Program-made: the position numbers and the translations under genes
The notes under the pieces: generated by a model
The model's input: only the letters and a program-made list of their open reading frames with translations
Told to the model about the DNA's origin: nothing
Databases searched by the model: none
In this document: positions 17,316 through 25,562 of the stretch, piece by piece
Layout of the letters: every line of letters starts with the position of its first letter
Numbering within the stretch: the stretch's first letter is position 1
Source: a bacterium
Lineage (GTDB): Bacteria > Zhuqueibacterota > Zhuqueibacteria > Oceanimicrobiales > Oceanimicrobiaceae
Length of the DNA stretch: 25,562 nt
Reading direction: 5' to 3'
Assembly (NCBI GenBank): GCA_046757525.1
Contig: JBHHYI010000047.1
Span: 1 to 25,562 of the forward strand

Positions 17316-20138
17316 ATGGAGGTTCTGAAGGTTCTCAATAACAGGTACCAACTTCTGTCCATCCTAAAAAGCGGCGGGTTCGGCACCATTTACAAAGGCT
17401 ACGACACGATTTTAGGAAAGAACATCGCCGTCAAAGAAATCAATCCTAATTTCTTAAAGGAAGCCTTCTATATCGATCTTTTTCTGCGTGAAGCCAAGCA
17501 GGCGGCCAAAATGAATCACCAGAACATCGTTCACATCTACGATTTGGTCGAGACCGCCAAGCAGCAGTTTTATATCGTCATGGAGTTGATCGACGGACTG
17601 GATTTGAGCAGAATTTTGGCCGAATGCAAAAGAAGGGGACAAACTTTTCCGGAGCATCTGGCCGTTTACACCATCGCCGAGGTTTGCAAGGCCCTGGACT
17701 ATGCGCACAATTGCCACACATCAGAATCCGACGACGCAAGCAACCTGGTGCACCAGGATATTTCGCCCAGCAATATCATGGTGTCGAAAAACGGAATCGT
17801 CAAGCTAATAGATTTTGGCCTCGCTGGCATTCAAAAGCTGTCCACGGCCGGCAAGCCCAAATTCACCTTGCAGGGGAAAATCAATTACATGTCCCCGGAA
17901 CAGGCCGCCGGTGACGCCCCGCTTGACAAAAAATCCGACCTCTTCTCTTTGGGCCTGGTTTTATATGAAGCCTTGAAGGGCAAGAGGTTTTTTCAAAGCC
18001 AAGACAACCAGCAAATCATCGAGGCGCTGCGCAACGGCAAACTAAAAATGAAAGACCTGAGCAGTCTGCCAAAAGCGCTGCAGCGAATCCTACAAAAGGC
18101 CCTGGAAAAAGAGCGCGAGCAAAGATACCAAAACGCGAATCAGTTTTACATCGACCTGATGACCTATTTGATCACCACCAAAGACATCTCCGACATCGAT
18201 GCCGAGTTAGCGGACTTCATGGTCAAGTTGATGACAGCGCGAAATCGGGCACGACCCAGACCGGACAAGATGAAAAAGCCCGCCGCTGCAAAACTGACAA
18301 CCCTGGCGGATTTGCCAGAGAATTTCTCGCAGGCTCAACAACCAGGCAAACCAGGGCCAACACCACGGCTGAACCTATCGGAGAGCAAAATCAGCGCAGA
18401 CGAAGAGATCAGAATCATCAGACCGCTCAAGCCGAAAACAAACAACAACAATACCGGCGTACCGGCTGGTAAATCAGAAAAAGCAGGAGCAGAGATCGAT
18501 TTTCACAGCCAGGAACTCAAGTTAGACAGTGAAGACAATGGCAGCTTTAAACAGGAAATCGTCATCGGAGAGCCTGAGACCGAAAGCGATGACCTGCTGG
18601 CTGACGCAGGAGACCTGCTCATCCGTTTTGACGGGCAGGCACCGGAGTCCGACGACGAAACGCTGCTCCAGAACTCGACCGCGCCGTCTGCACAGGAATC
18701 GCCCCCCCCCACCTTTGAAGACGAAGTTACGGAGTATTTTGATGTTGAAGATGAAATCAAGACCGTCATCGATGTAGACAGGCTCATCACGCGTGAGAGA
18801 AATCCCCTTTTGGCGCGCACGCCGGTGGTTTTGGCGGCTTTGCTGCTCACCTTCTTCGCATTAGACTTTGCCTTTCACTGGACCAAAGTTGGCACCGCCG
18901 TGTATGACTACGTATTTCCTCCGGCAATCCGGATTCATTCAGTTCCTGCTGGAGCCAAGGTCTTTTTGAACAACAAACCCCTGCCGGGCGTCACCCCGCT
19001 ATCCGTGGACAAAATCTCACCTGGCGTCTATGAGCTAAAACTCACCGTCGCTGGCTTTGCCCCCATCGTAAAATCGATTCAAGTGTTCAGCAAAGGAGAC
19101 GTTGCGGTGAAAGGGAATGAACACCGGCGTGGCAACCAGCCCTATCTCTTCAAGTTCAAGACTACTTTGCAATTGGACTCGGAGCCGTCTGGCGCTGAAG
19201 TCTATTTGAATGACATCAAATACGGCAAGACCACCCCGTGTGCCGTGACCTGGGAGGTGGGTGAACCATGCCAAATCGAAATGAAAAAGTCGGGTTTCGC
19301 CAATTTGACCGGGTACACCTTGAATACGGAACATTCTTTGGACGATGCCGAAGACAGACGTCTCTGGAAATTAGACATTTTGAAGGAACCGTACACCAGT
19401 TTTAAGGTGACCGGATACTTCGGGAAACTCATCGCGATCGATTCAAACCCGTCAAAAGCAGCCCTTTACCTGGACGACAATCCCAAACCGGTGGGCCTTA
19501 CCGGCATGGATGGCAAGATATTCTTCACGGCAGCCAAGCATCGCATCACCCTGAAGAAAAGAGGTTACAATGCCACTGTACTCAAGCTGGCGGTGGATGA
19601 AACCACGCCGCTGGAAATCTTCGCCACCCTGACCAGACCCGTGCAGTTCTACGCCTACGACGCATCCAGGCCAAAGGGCAAGGATATCGGAGCCAAGGTC
19701 GTCCAACTGATTAGAAAGAATCGAACCTTCCAGCGCAAGGATCGCACCCCTTGCCGACTCAACTTGCAACCTTATGCTTACACAGCCATCATTTCGAAAG
19801 AAGGGTTCAAAGATGCGAAAGTACAAATCGCACCCGGCGACAAAGTGGTCATCGCCAAACTGGAGCCGATGACCGGTGAGGTTGCCATCGCGGTCCTGGA
19901 CGAAAAAACGGGCGAACCGATTAGCGACGTGAAGATTAAGATCAGGTCTTTGGATTCGCCCAATAGCAAAGAAAGCCTGTTTAGCGTCTCGGATGAAGAA
20001 GGCACCAGCAGCGGCAAGCTATCGCCAGGGTTGTACCTTTTTAGCACAGAAAAAAGCGGTTACCAGTACCAGGAAAAATCTCTAATGGTGCAATCCGCAA
20101 ATCTGAACCTGATCGAGTTTAGTTTGTCGAAACCTTAG
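17316..20138 (+). CDS. Hanks-type membrane Ser/Thr kinase with extracytoplasmic PEGA repeats and C-terminal Ig / carboxypeptidase-regulatory-like domain
   Basis: SGGFGTIY, IAVKEI, HQDISPSN, DFG, YMSPEQ, SDLFSLG; acidic linker; TM VVLAALLLTFFALDFAFHW; PEGA-type repeats (IHSVPAGAKVFLN, LDSEPSGAEVYLN, IDSNPSKAALYLD). Confidence 0.92.
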   Translation: MEVLKVLNNRYQLLSILKSGGFGTIYKGYDTILGKNIAVKEINPNFLKEAFYIDLFLREAKQAAKMNHQNIVHIYDLVETAKQQFYIVMELIDGLDLSRILAECKRRGQTFPEHLAVYTIAEVCKALDYAHNCHTSESDDASNLVHQDISPSNIMVSKNGIVKLIDFGLAGIQKLSTAGKPKFTLQGKINYMSPEQAAGDAPLDKKSDLFSLGLVLYEALKGKRFFQSQDNQQIIEALRNGKLKMKDLSSLPKALQRILQKALEKEREQRYQNANQFYIDLMTYLITTKDISDIDAELADFMVKLMTARNRARPRPDKMKKPAAAKLTTLADLPENFSQAQQPGKPGPTPRLNLSESKISADEEIRIIRPLKPKTNNNNTGVPAGKSEKAGAEIDFHSQELKLDSEDNGSFKQEIVIGEPETESDDLLADAGDLLIRFDGQAPESDDETLLQNSTAPSAQESPPPTFEDEVTEYFDVEDEIKTVIDVDRLITRERNPLLARTPVVLAALLLTFFALDFAFHWTKVGTAVYDYVFPPAIRIHSVPAGAKVFLNNKPLPGVTPLSVDKISPGVYELKLTVAGFAPIVKSIQVFSKGDVAVKGNEHRRGNQPYLFKFKTTLQLDSEPSGAEVYLNDIKYGKTTPCAVTWEVGEPCQIEMKKSGFANLTGYTLNTEHSLDDAEDRRLWKLDILKEPYTSFKVTGYFGKLIAIDSNPSKAALYLDDNPKPVGLTGMDGKIFFTAAKHRITLKKRGYNATVLKLAVDETTPLEIFATLTRPVQFYAYDASRPKGKDIGAKVVQLIRKNRTFQRKDRTPCRLNLQPYAYTAIISKEGFKDAKVQIAPGDKVVIAKLEPMTGEVAIAVLDEKTGEPISDVKIKIRSLDSPNSKESLFSVSDEEGTSSGKLSPGLYLFSTEKSGYQYQEKSLMVQSANLNLIEFSLSKP

Positions 20139-20151
20139 AAGGGGGACCTAA

Positions 20152-22611
20152 ATGCCAAAACTGATTCTCAAGAAAAAAGCGGAAGTCATCGGTGAATTTG
20201 TATTGGACGGAACCAAGACGGTCTACACCGTGGGTGCAGATGACAGCAACGACTTTGTCATTGTCGACAAAAAAGTGTCTATTCGGCATCTGCGCATCGG
20301 CCAGGCCGGCGGGAACTTTTACATTGAAGACCTTAAGAGCGCTTTTGGCACCTACTTAAACGGACGACCTTTGCTCAAACGCGCCCAGATTGTACAGGGC
20401 GACGAAGTAGCCATCGGCGATCATACCTTGCTGTTTGAAAACCATGCCCGGGCCAAAGCAAAAACCGCGAAGAAGAAAACAGATCATTTCAGCCCGTTAG
20501 ATGAAGTGGTAATGCAAGATTCACAGCACGCCTCTCATAGTTTTTCAAATAGCATGGCCGCGAGTCCTGACTGGCCATTGGCGAAGTCGGTGGTCCCAGA
20601 GGGTAGTGTAGAAGCGGAGCCCAACCTGCTGTTCGACGCACCCGGCGATGAGCTGGAGATGCTGGAAAAGGAAGTGACCGATGCGGCCGAAACGACCTCC
20701 TATTACTTGTTGGCGATTTATGGCCCGTACTTAGGCAAGAAGTTCGCCTTGAAACTCGGCAGCACTCGCATCGGCCGTGACACCAAACTCAACGACATAG
20801 TCATTAGAGAAGATGACAAGAGAAACCTGGATCCCAGCATTTCGCGCCGGCACGCAACGGTGAGTTACCACGACGGCGTTTTTTTTGTTTCTGACAAAAG
20901 AAGCAAAACCCGGACTTTTGTCAATGGCCACAAATTGGGCCAGGATGAAAAGATACCGTTGGAAGTCGGGGACGAAATCGAGATTGTCAGCGACCGGAGG
21001 AGCACCATATTGCGCCTGGCTACCGAGCATCTTCAGGATTTCGCCCCTCCCAAACGCGCCGGCACCTGGAGGATTCGCAAAGGGCGCACCGTGGGTCTGG
21101 TGGCTTCCATTGCGCTCAGCCTGGCAGCCCTGTTGGCGGTCGTCCTGGCTACCAAATCCCGTCTCAACATTACCGACCGTCCAAATCCGCTGAGGCTGAC
21201 TGAGGAACTCTGGTATGCCAACAATTCGGTTGAGACTGAACATTCAGCCGCTGAATTGACTTCAAGCTTTACCAATCAATTTGCGCTGGCGCGCCTTGCA
21301 CGCGATGGCGAGGTCGGTTTGGTCTTTGCAGACGATGCTGCCCACCTGTTGGCGCTTTCAGGGGTCAGCAAGCGGATTTTGTGGAAAAACGCGGAGTTTC
21401 AAGTTGACCGGGAGATTCCCTTGCTCCTGGAGGACATGAATCAAGACCACATCGCCGATGTCCTTGCCGTAGGCGACGATGCCCGGCTGCGCGCCCTGGA
21501 CGGTGGCAACGGCGCTGAGATCTGGATCAGTCCAATATTGGGCGAGGCTATTTCCGGCGCGCCTGTGGTCATCGATCTGAATGGGGACCGGCTCAAAGAT
21601 GTCTTGATTTGCACAGAAGATGGACAAATCCACCTGGGCTACGCCGGGGGCCCTGCCATGAACTGGGAAACGATTGAAACCGATTTTACGATTAAGTCGA
21701 CGCCCTCGGCCCTGGATTGGGATGGCAACGGCAGCGGCGATGTGTTCATAGGTACGGAAGAAGGCAAGGTGCTGATCGTTAATGGCAACGACGGCGAAGT
21801 GATTATGATTTTCGATTTCAACGAAGCTGTCAGCAAAGCGGTCGGTACCTACAGCGCTGCAAATCAAATCAGGAGTCCGGTGGCGCTGGCCCATCTAAAC
21901 AGCGAGGGCAAGGCTGACTTGTTGGTGAGCTCTACCAATGGAAACATCTTGGCCATGGAAGGCAAAACCATGACCCGACTCTGGCATGAAAGTTCCGAAA
22001 ACTGGCCGCCTAACCAATCGGCAGCCCTGGGGGATTTAGACGGAGACGGTTTGGACGATGTCGTCTTAGTAGCTGACCGAAACATCCGTGCGCTCAAAGG
22101 TACCGGTGACGAAGGGAAACAAAGCATCGTTTTGTGGGTATTTGCAAACGAGAACAGCGATCGTTTCGTCACACCTGCGGCGTTGGCTGACATCAACAAA
22201 GACAAGTCCAACGATGTAATCTTGGGCACCAGCGCCGGTGACGTCATTATTTTCGATGGCAAAAATGGCGGAATTCTTGGAAAAATCAGCAACGCCTCCC
22301 TCCCACCAACGTCCCCCATCCTGATTGGCGATCTCCCCAAAGCTGGCTCCACCGGCATCCTGTTGAAGCGCGCAGACGGCGGCATTTACCGAATCGCTTC
22401 AAATTGTAAAGTCCCCAAAGGCGCCATCATTTGGGGACAAAGATTTGCCAACGCCCGACATACGGGCAAAGCCGATTTTCAGTTGCCGACGCCGACAGCC
22501 GACAATTTCACCATTGTGATCTCAGGGCTGATTATCATCGGCACAATCGTTTCAAATGGCGCCGCCAAAAAAAGAAGACAACGGAAGATCAACAAGAACA
22601 AGCAATTCTGA
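20152..22611 (+). CDS. Double-FHA membrane protein with extracytoplasmic FG-GAP/VCBS-type beta-propeller (paralog B)
   Basis: Same architecture as 12860-15514 (MPKLILKK; YYLLAIYGPYLGKKF; IGRD...SRRH; TM; Ca-binding-type loops such as DLNGDRLKD and DLDGDGLDD; WGQRFANARHTG; C-terminal TM and KKRRQRK tail). AAGGGGG RBS; starts 13 bp after the kinase stop. Confidence 0.85.
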   Translation: MPKLILKKKAEVIGEFVLDGTKTVYTVGADDSNDFVIVDKKVSIRHLRIGQAGGNFYIEDLKSAFGTYLNGRPLLKRAQIVQGDEVAIGDHTLLFENHARAKAKTAKKKTDHFSPLDEVVMQDSQHASHSFSNSMAASPDWPLAKSVVPEGSVEAEPNLLFDAPGDELEMLEKEVTDAAETTSYYLLAIYGPYLGKKFALKLGSTRIGRDTKLNDIVIREDDKRNLDPSISRRHATVSYHDGVFFVSDKRSKTRTFVNGHKLGQDEKIPLEVGDEIEIVSDRRSTILRLATEHLQDFAPPKRAGTWRIRKGRTVGLVASIALSLAALLAVVLATKSRLNITDRPNPLRLTEELWYANNSVETEHSAAELTSSFTNQFALARLARDGEVGLVFADDAAHLLALSGVSKRILWKNAEFQVDREIPLLLEDMNQDHIADVLAVGDDARLRALDGGNGAEIWISPILGEAISGAPVVIDLNGDRLKDVLICTEDGQIHLGYAGGPAMNWETIETDFTIKSTPSALDWDGNGSGDVFIGTEEGKVLIVNGNDGEVIMIFDFNEAVSKAVGTYSAANQIRSPVALAHLNSEGKADLLVSSTNGNILAMEGKTMTRLWHESSENWPPNQSAALGDLDGDGLDDVVLVADRNIRALKGTGDEGKQSIVLWVFANENSDRFVTPAALADINKDKSNDVILGTSAGDVIIFDGKNGGILGKISNASLPPTSPILIGDLPKAGSTGILLKRADGGIYRIASNCKVPKGAIIWGQRFANARHTGKADFQLPTPTADNFTIVISGLIIIGTIVSNGAAKKRRQRKINKNKQF

Positions 22612-22641
22612 CATTCATGCGAGCCTGGTAGAAACCAAACT

Positions 22642-24513
22642 ATGAACCGATTTTGTTCGACCGTCCGGGGCAATCTATGGGCTTTGCTCTTTTTCCTGGC
22701 GGCTGCCAGTGTCTTTCCCGGCAACATCCTGTCGCAGGAGAGCGCAGGGGCCTGGTTTAATACCGGTTTGAAGGCCAAAAACCTCGAGGACAAAATCCAG
22801 GCCTTTGAAAACGCCGTCCGCTTAGACCCGGATTACGTTGAAGCCTACTATTATCTGGGGCTTGCTTATGAAAAGAAAGGCCTCAACCAGAAGGCGAAAA
22901 CTGCCCTGAACAAGGCTTACTTTAAGAACCCCTACGCATTGAGCAATGAAATAAAGACCAGAATTCTGTTCGAGCTCGGCAACATTCACGCTGCCCTTGC
23001 AGAAAAAAAGGAAGCCAAAGACGCCTACCTGGGCGCCAAACGGCTGTCAAAAGACCCATTCCTCAAGGGTCGCATCGACTATGCTTTGGGTAAACTCTAC
23101 CTCGAGGACGGCGACTTCCACAACGCCCTGGATGCCTTAAATGAGGGCAAAACCTTTTTGCCTCAAAACAGCGACTTGTTCGACAAATTGATTTCTGAGG
23201 CGCACAGCAAGAAATCCGTGGAAGAGAAGTACCTTTTAGCCCTGCGCAAAATGGATTCCGGTCGTTTCAACGAAACCATTCAGCTCTTGCATGAAGTCAT
23301 TCAAATCGACCCAAATTACAAAGAGGCCAGCACTCGATTGCGCGAAGCGGAGGATGCCCTGAACCGAGACACGGTGAATAAGAAGCTGAACGCCTGGTAC
23401 CAACAAGCCCAAATTAGGGTGAGGAACGGCCGGCCCGCCGAGGCCATGAGCCTGTTGCAGAAAATCGTTGCCGTCGATCCGGACTTCAAGGACGCAGCGG
23501 CACAATTGCAGCGCCTGCAAAAAAGGCTGGCGGAAAAGTCCCAAACAACGGCAAGCAAACAACCTCGAATTCAACAGTTCTATGAGCTGGGGTTAAAGGC
23601 TTTTCAGAGGCAAGAATGGAGCCGCGCCATGGCCCAATTCAAAAAAGTTCAGAGCCTGAATGGCAGCTACAAAGACGTGGCCACCCTTCTGCAACAGGCC
23701 CGGGCGGCCTACCGGGAAAACGTACAACGACAACAGGTCTTGCGACAAGAAGCAGAGAAGAAACGGCAGCTTTATGAACAAGGCATGACCTACAAAACCG
23801 CCGGGAATTGGCACCAGGCATTATCGACTTTCAAAAAGCTGCAGAAAATTGATCCGAATTACCCCGACCTGTCTGCGCAAATCAAGTCTGTTCAGACCGC
23901 GTTGCAGCAAGCTCAGGAGCGCAAACCGGACATCGAAACGTTGTACCAGCAGGGAAGCTCCTCCTTGCAAAACGGCGATTGGCTGCAGGCCATGATCGCA
24001 TTCGAAAAAGTGAAGGTTCTAAACCCTGCGTACAAAGATGTGGACAACAAACTTGCGGACGCTCAATTTAATTTCGAGAGAAGCCACGCGGTTGAACAAC
24101 AAGAAGTCGTCGAGGACACGCCTCATTATCTGCTCATTCTAGGCTACGCCCTTTCCTCTTTGATCCTCCCAATCTTCGGGGTCCTGACCTTCTCTCCGGC
24201 AACCCGAGCCCGTTTATATTTGCTCCAGGGCAAATACGAAAACGCGGCAAGAATCTATGAAAAAATGCTGCTAAGACATCCCGGAAAGATCAAATTGTAC
24301 CCCGTGCTGGCCAACATCTATCTGCTCGAAAATCGGCGAGACGAGAAGGCCCTCAAAGTATTCGAAATGGTCCTGAGATTGAACCTGACCACCCAGCAGC
24401 AGCGCGAGATCAACACGATCATGGCCAATCACTACCTAACCCAGGGCCGCACCGACGACGATGCCATCAAGATCATGGAAAGAGAGTTGGATTTGAATAG
24501 GAGGCAGGTGTGA
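22642..24513 (+). CDS. Tetratricopeptide-repeat membrane protein (signal peptide, extracytoplasmic TPRs, TM, cytoplasmic TPR)
   Basis: Hydrophobic N-terminus (LWALLFFLAAASV); TPR motifs (DPDYVEAYYYLGLAY) and repeated DPxYKD units; TM YLLILGYALSSLILPIFGVLTF; further TPR-like helices at the C-terminus. Confidence 0.85.
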   Translation: MNRFCSTVRGNLWALLFFLAAASVFPGNILSQESAGAWFNTGLKAKNLEDKIQAFENAVRLDPDYVEAYYYLGLAYEKKGLNQKAKTALNKAYFKNPYALSNEIKTRILFELGNIHAALAEKKEAKDAYLGAKRLSKDPFLKGRIDYALGKLYLEDGDFHNALDALNEGKTFLPQNSDLFDKLISEAHSKKSVEEKYLLALRKMDSGRFNETIQLLHEVIQIDPNYKEASTRLREAEDALNRDTVNKKLNAWYQQAQIRVRNGRPAEAMSLLQKIVAVDPDFKDAAAQLQRLQKRLAEKSQTTASKQPRIQQFYELGLKAFQRQEWSRAMAQFKKVQSLNGSYKDVATLLQQARAAYRENVQRQQVLRQEAEKKRQLYEQGMTYKTAGNWHQALSTFKKLQKIDPNYPDLSAQIKSVQTALQQAQERKPDIETLYQQGSSSLQNGDWLQAMIAFEKVKVLNPAYKDVDNKLADAQFNFERSHAVEQQEVVEDTPHYLLILGYALSSLILPIFGVLTFSPATRARLYLLQGKYENAARIYEKMLLRHPGKIKLYPVLANIYLLENRRDEKALKVFEMVLRLNLTTQQQREINTIMANHYLTQGRTDDDAIKIMERELDLNRRQV

Positions 24514-24589
24514 CTAAGATTTAAGTGCGTAATGAAAGAGACGGTCCAAGCCCAAATCGCCTCAAATATTGCAAATCTTCAAATTCTTC

Positions 24590-24617
24590 TTGATTTTTAA
24601 ATCTATTCGAATATATT
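24590..24617 (+). promoter_or_regulatory. Putative sigma70-type promoter
   Basis: TTGATT-N16-TATATT in an AT-rich intergenic region upstream of the last gene. Confidence 0.35.
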
Positions 24618-24929
24618 GTCAAATAAGGTGAAACATTAGTTCTTAGATTCTTATACGTCTCCCGCCTGAACCTTTAGAGGTTCCTTATGGTCCTCTCGAA
24701 TCTTGCAAGAAACTCATGCCAATACGCCGAAGAGCGAAGGGTGGAACGCTCTCTCTCAGGGAATGTTAACTCCATTGTAAGGCAAACTTCATGTTTGCGT
24801 TCATCAAATCCCTGATTTCTTGCAATTAGAACTATCCGCAGGGTAGTCGGTAGCTTCTATGAGAATCGGCTATTCTTATCGTAGAATGCCCGCCACTGCT
24901 TTGTGTGCAAAAAAATTAAGGAGGTTACC

Positions 24930-25562
24930 ATGAATACGAATAAGTATTTCCTCATGCCTCTTTTGCTTTTTCTAATCGACCTCTCTGTACCTGCCTTTTC
25001 CCAGTTATCCCAGGAATTGACGCCACGTTACGAATCCATTCTTGAACTTAAAGGAGAAGAAAAATACACGTTGGCCATTGCCAGATGCAAAGAACTTGTC
25101 TCCGATTATCCCCTTTATTCAAAGGCCTATAAGCAATTGGTCGAGCTTTCTAAGCTCCAAAATTCCCTCACCTTGACTCAAACATACCTTAAAGATTTAG
25201 AAACCGAGCAAGCCGACAATCCTTATATTGATTATAGTCTTGGCCTTATCTTGGAAGATAGAGAAGAATATGAAAAAGCTTTAAAGAATTTCCAGAAATG
25301 TATCACGTTGGTCCCAAATTTTGCCGACGCCTATTCTGATTATGCATTTGTTTGCAAGAAGCTGAACAGGACAAAAGCCGCACTCGATTTTTTGCGTGAA
25401 AAATCAAAGCAAAAGGCCAAGAGTTACGGCCTCGCCTACGGATTGGGCTATCTATATTTCACACAATATCAGTGGGACGGAGCATTGAATCACACAGCTC
25501 AGGCACTACTTTTAAGACCAGATTTTTGGCAAGCATACCAATTGAAATATAGGATTTATGAT
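24930..25562 (+). CDS. Signal-peptide TPR protein, 3'-truncated (not in the ORF track)
   Basis: Strong RBS AAGGAGGT, then ATG 24930; 211 open codons to the window end: MNTNKYFLMPLLLFLIDLSVPAFSQ...NPYIDYSLGLILEDREEYEKALKNFQKCITLVPNFADAYSDY...LAYGLGYLYF (TPR consensus). Confidence 0.85.
   Translation, partial: MNTNKYFLMPLLLFLIDLSVPAFSQLSQELTPRYESILELKGEEKYTLAIARCKELVSDYPLYSKAYKQLVELSKLQNSLTLTQTYLKDLETEQADNPYIDYSLGLILEDREEYEKALKNFQKCITLVPNFADAYSDYAFVCKKLNRTKAALDFLREKSKQKAKSYGLAYGLGYLYFTQYQWDGALNHTAQALLLRPDFWQAYQLKYRIYD

Noticed and set aside
15626..20138. Assignment as a T6SS PppA/PpkA/Fha module
   Set aside because: No tss structural genes in the window, and the FHA proteins have a different, membrane-bound propeller architecture.
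24778..24800. GGCAAAC as the start of a c-di-GMP-I riboswitch
   Set aside because: Forms a simple hairpin with GTTTGC; the GNRA-capped P2 and the following GCAAA / receptor elements are absent.

Overview
A gene-dense bacterial window (roughly 50% GC by eye; the gene set suggests a diderm, possibly an FCB-related uncultured lineage, but this is inference). Almost every gene is involved in signalling or the envelope. It opens with the 3' part of a PpiD/SurA-like parvulin chaperone (+). A minus-strand block follows with three parts. (i) A stand-alone HisKA/DHp microprotein, a sensor-less REC-histidine kinase and a REC-GAF-HD-GYP phosphodiesterase, with sigma70- and sigma28-like promoters. (ii) A lytic transglycosylase and a sigma54 enhancer-binding response regulator. 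(iii) An operon joining a GAF-PP2C / RsbW-like kinase / STAS partner-switch module directly to an MlaE-MlaF-MlaD-PqiC-like MCE transporter, with no sigma factor. Divergently, a near-perfect sigma54 promoter (tandem TGT-N11-ACA sites, IHF-like site, long structured and possibly pseudoknotted leader) precedes a cluster of five predicted membrane proteins: two paralogous FHA-FHA-TM-(FG-GAP/VCBS beta-propeller)-TM proteins, a membrane PP2C phosphatase, a non-RD Ser/Thr kinase with PEGA domains, and a TPR protein. A further AT-richer, 3'-truncated TPR gene ends the window. The best candidates for undescribed biology are this trans-envelope phospho-signalling cluster, the possibly phospho-switched MCE transporter, and the structured sigma54 leader RNA. 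No rRNA, tRNA, CRISPR array or mobile element was seen.
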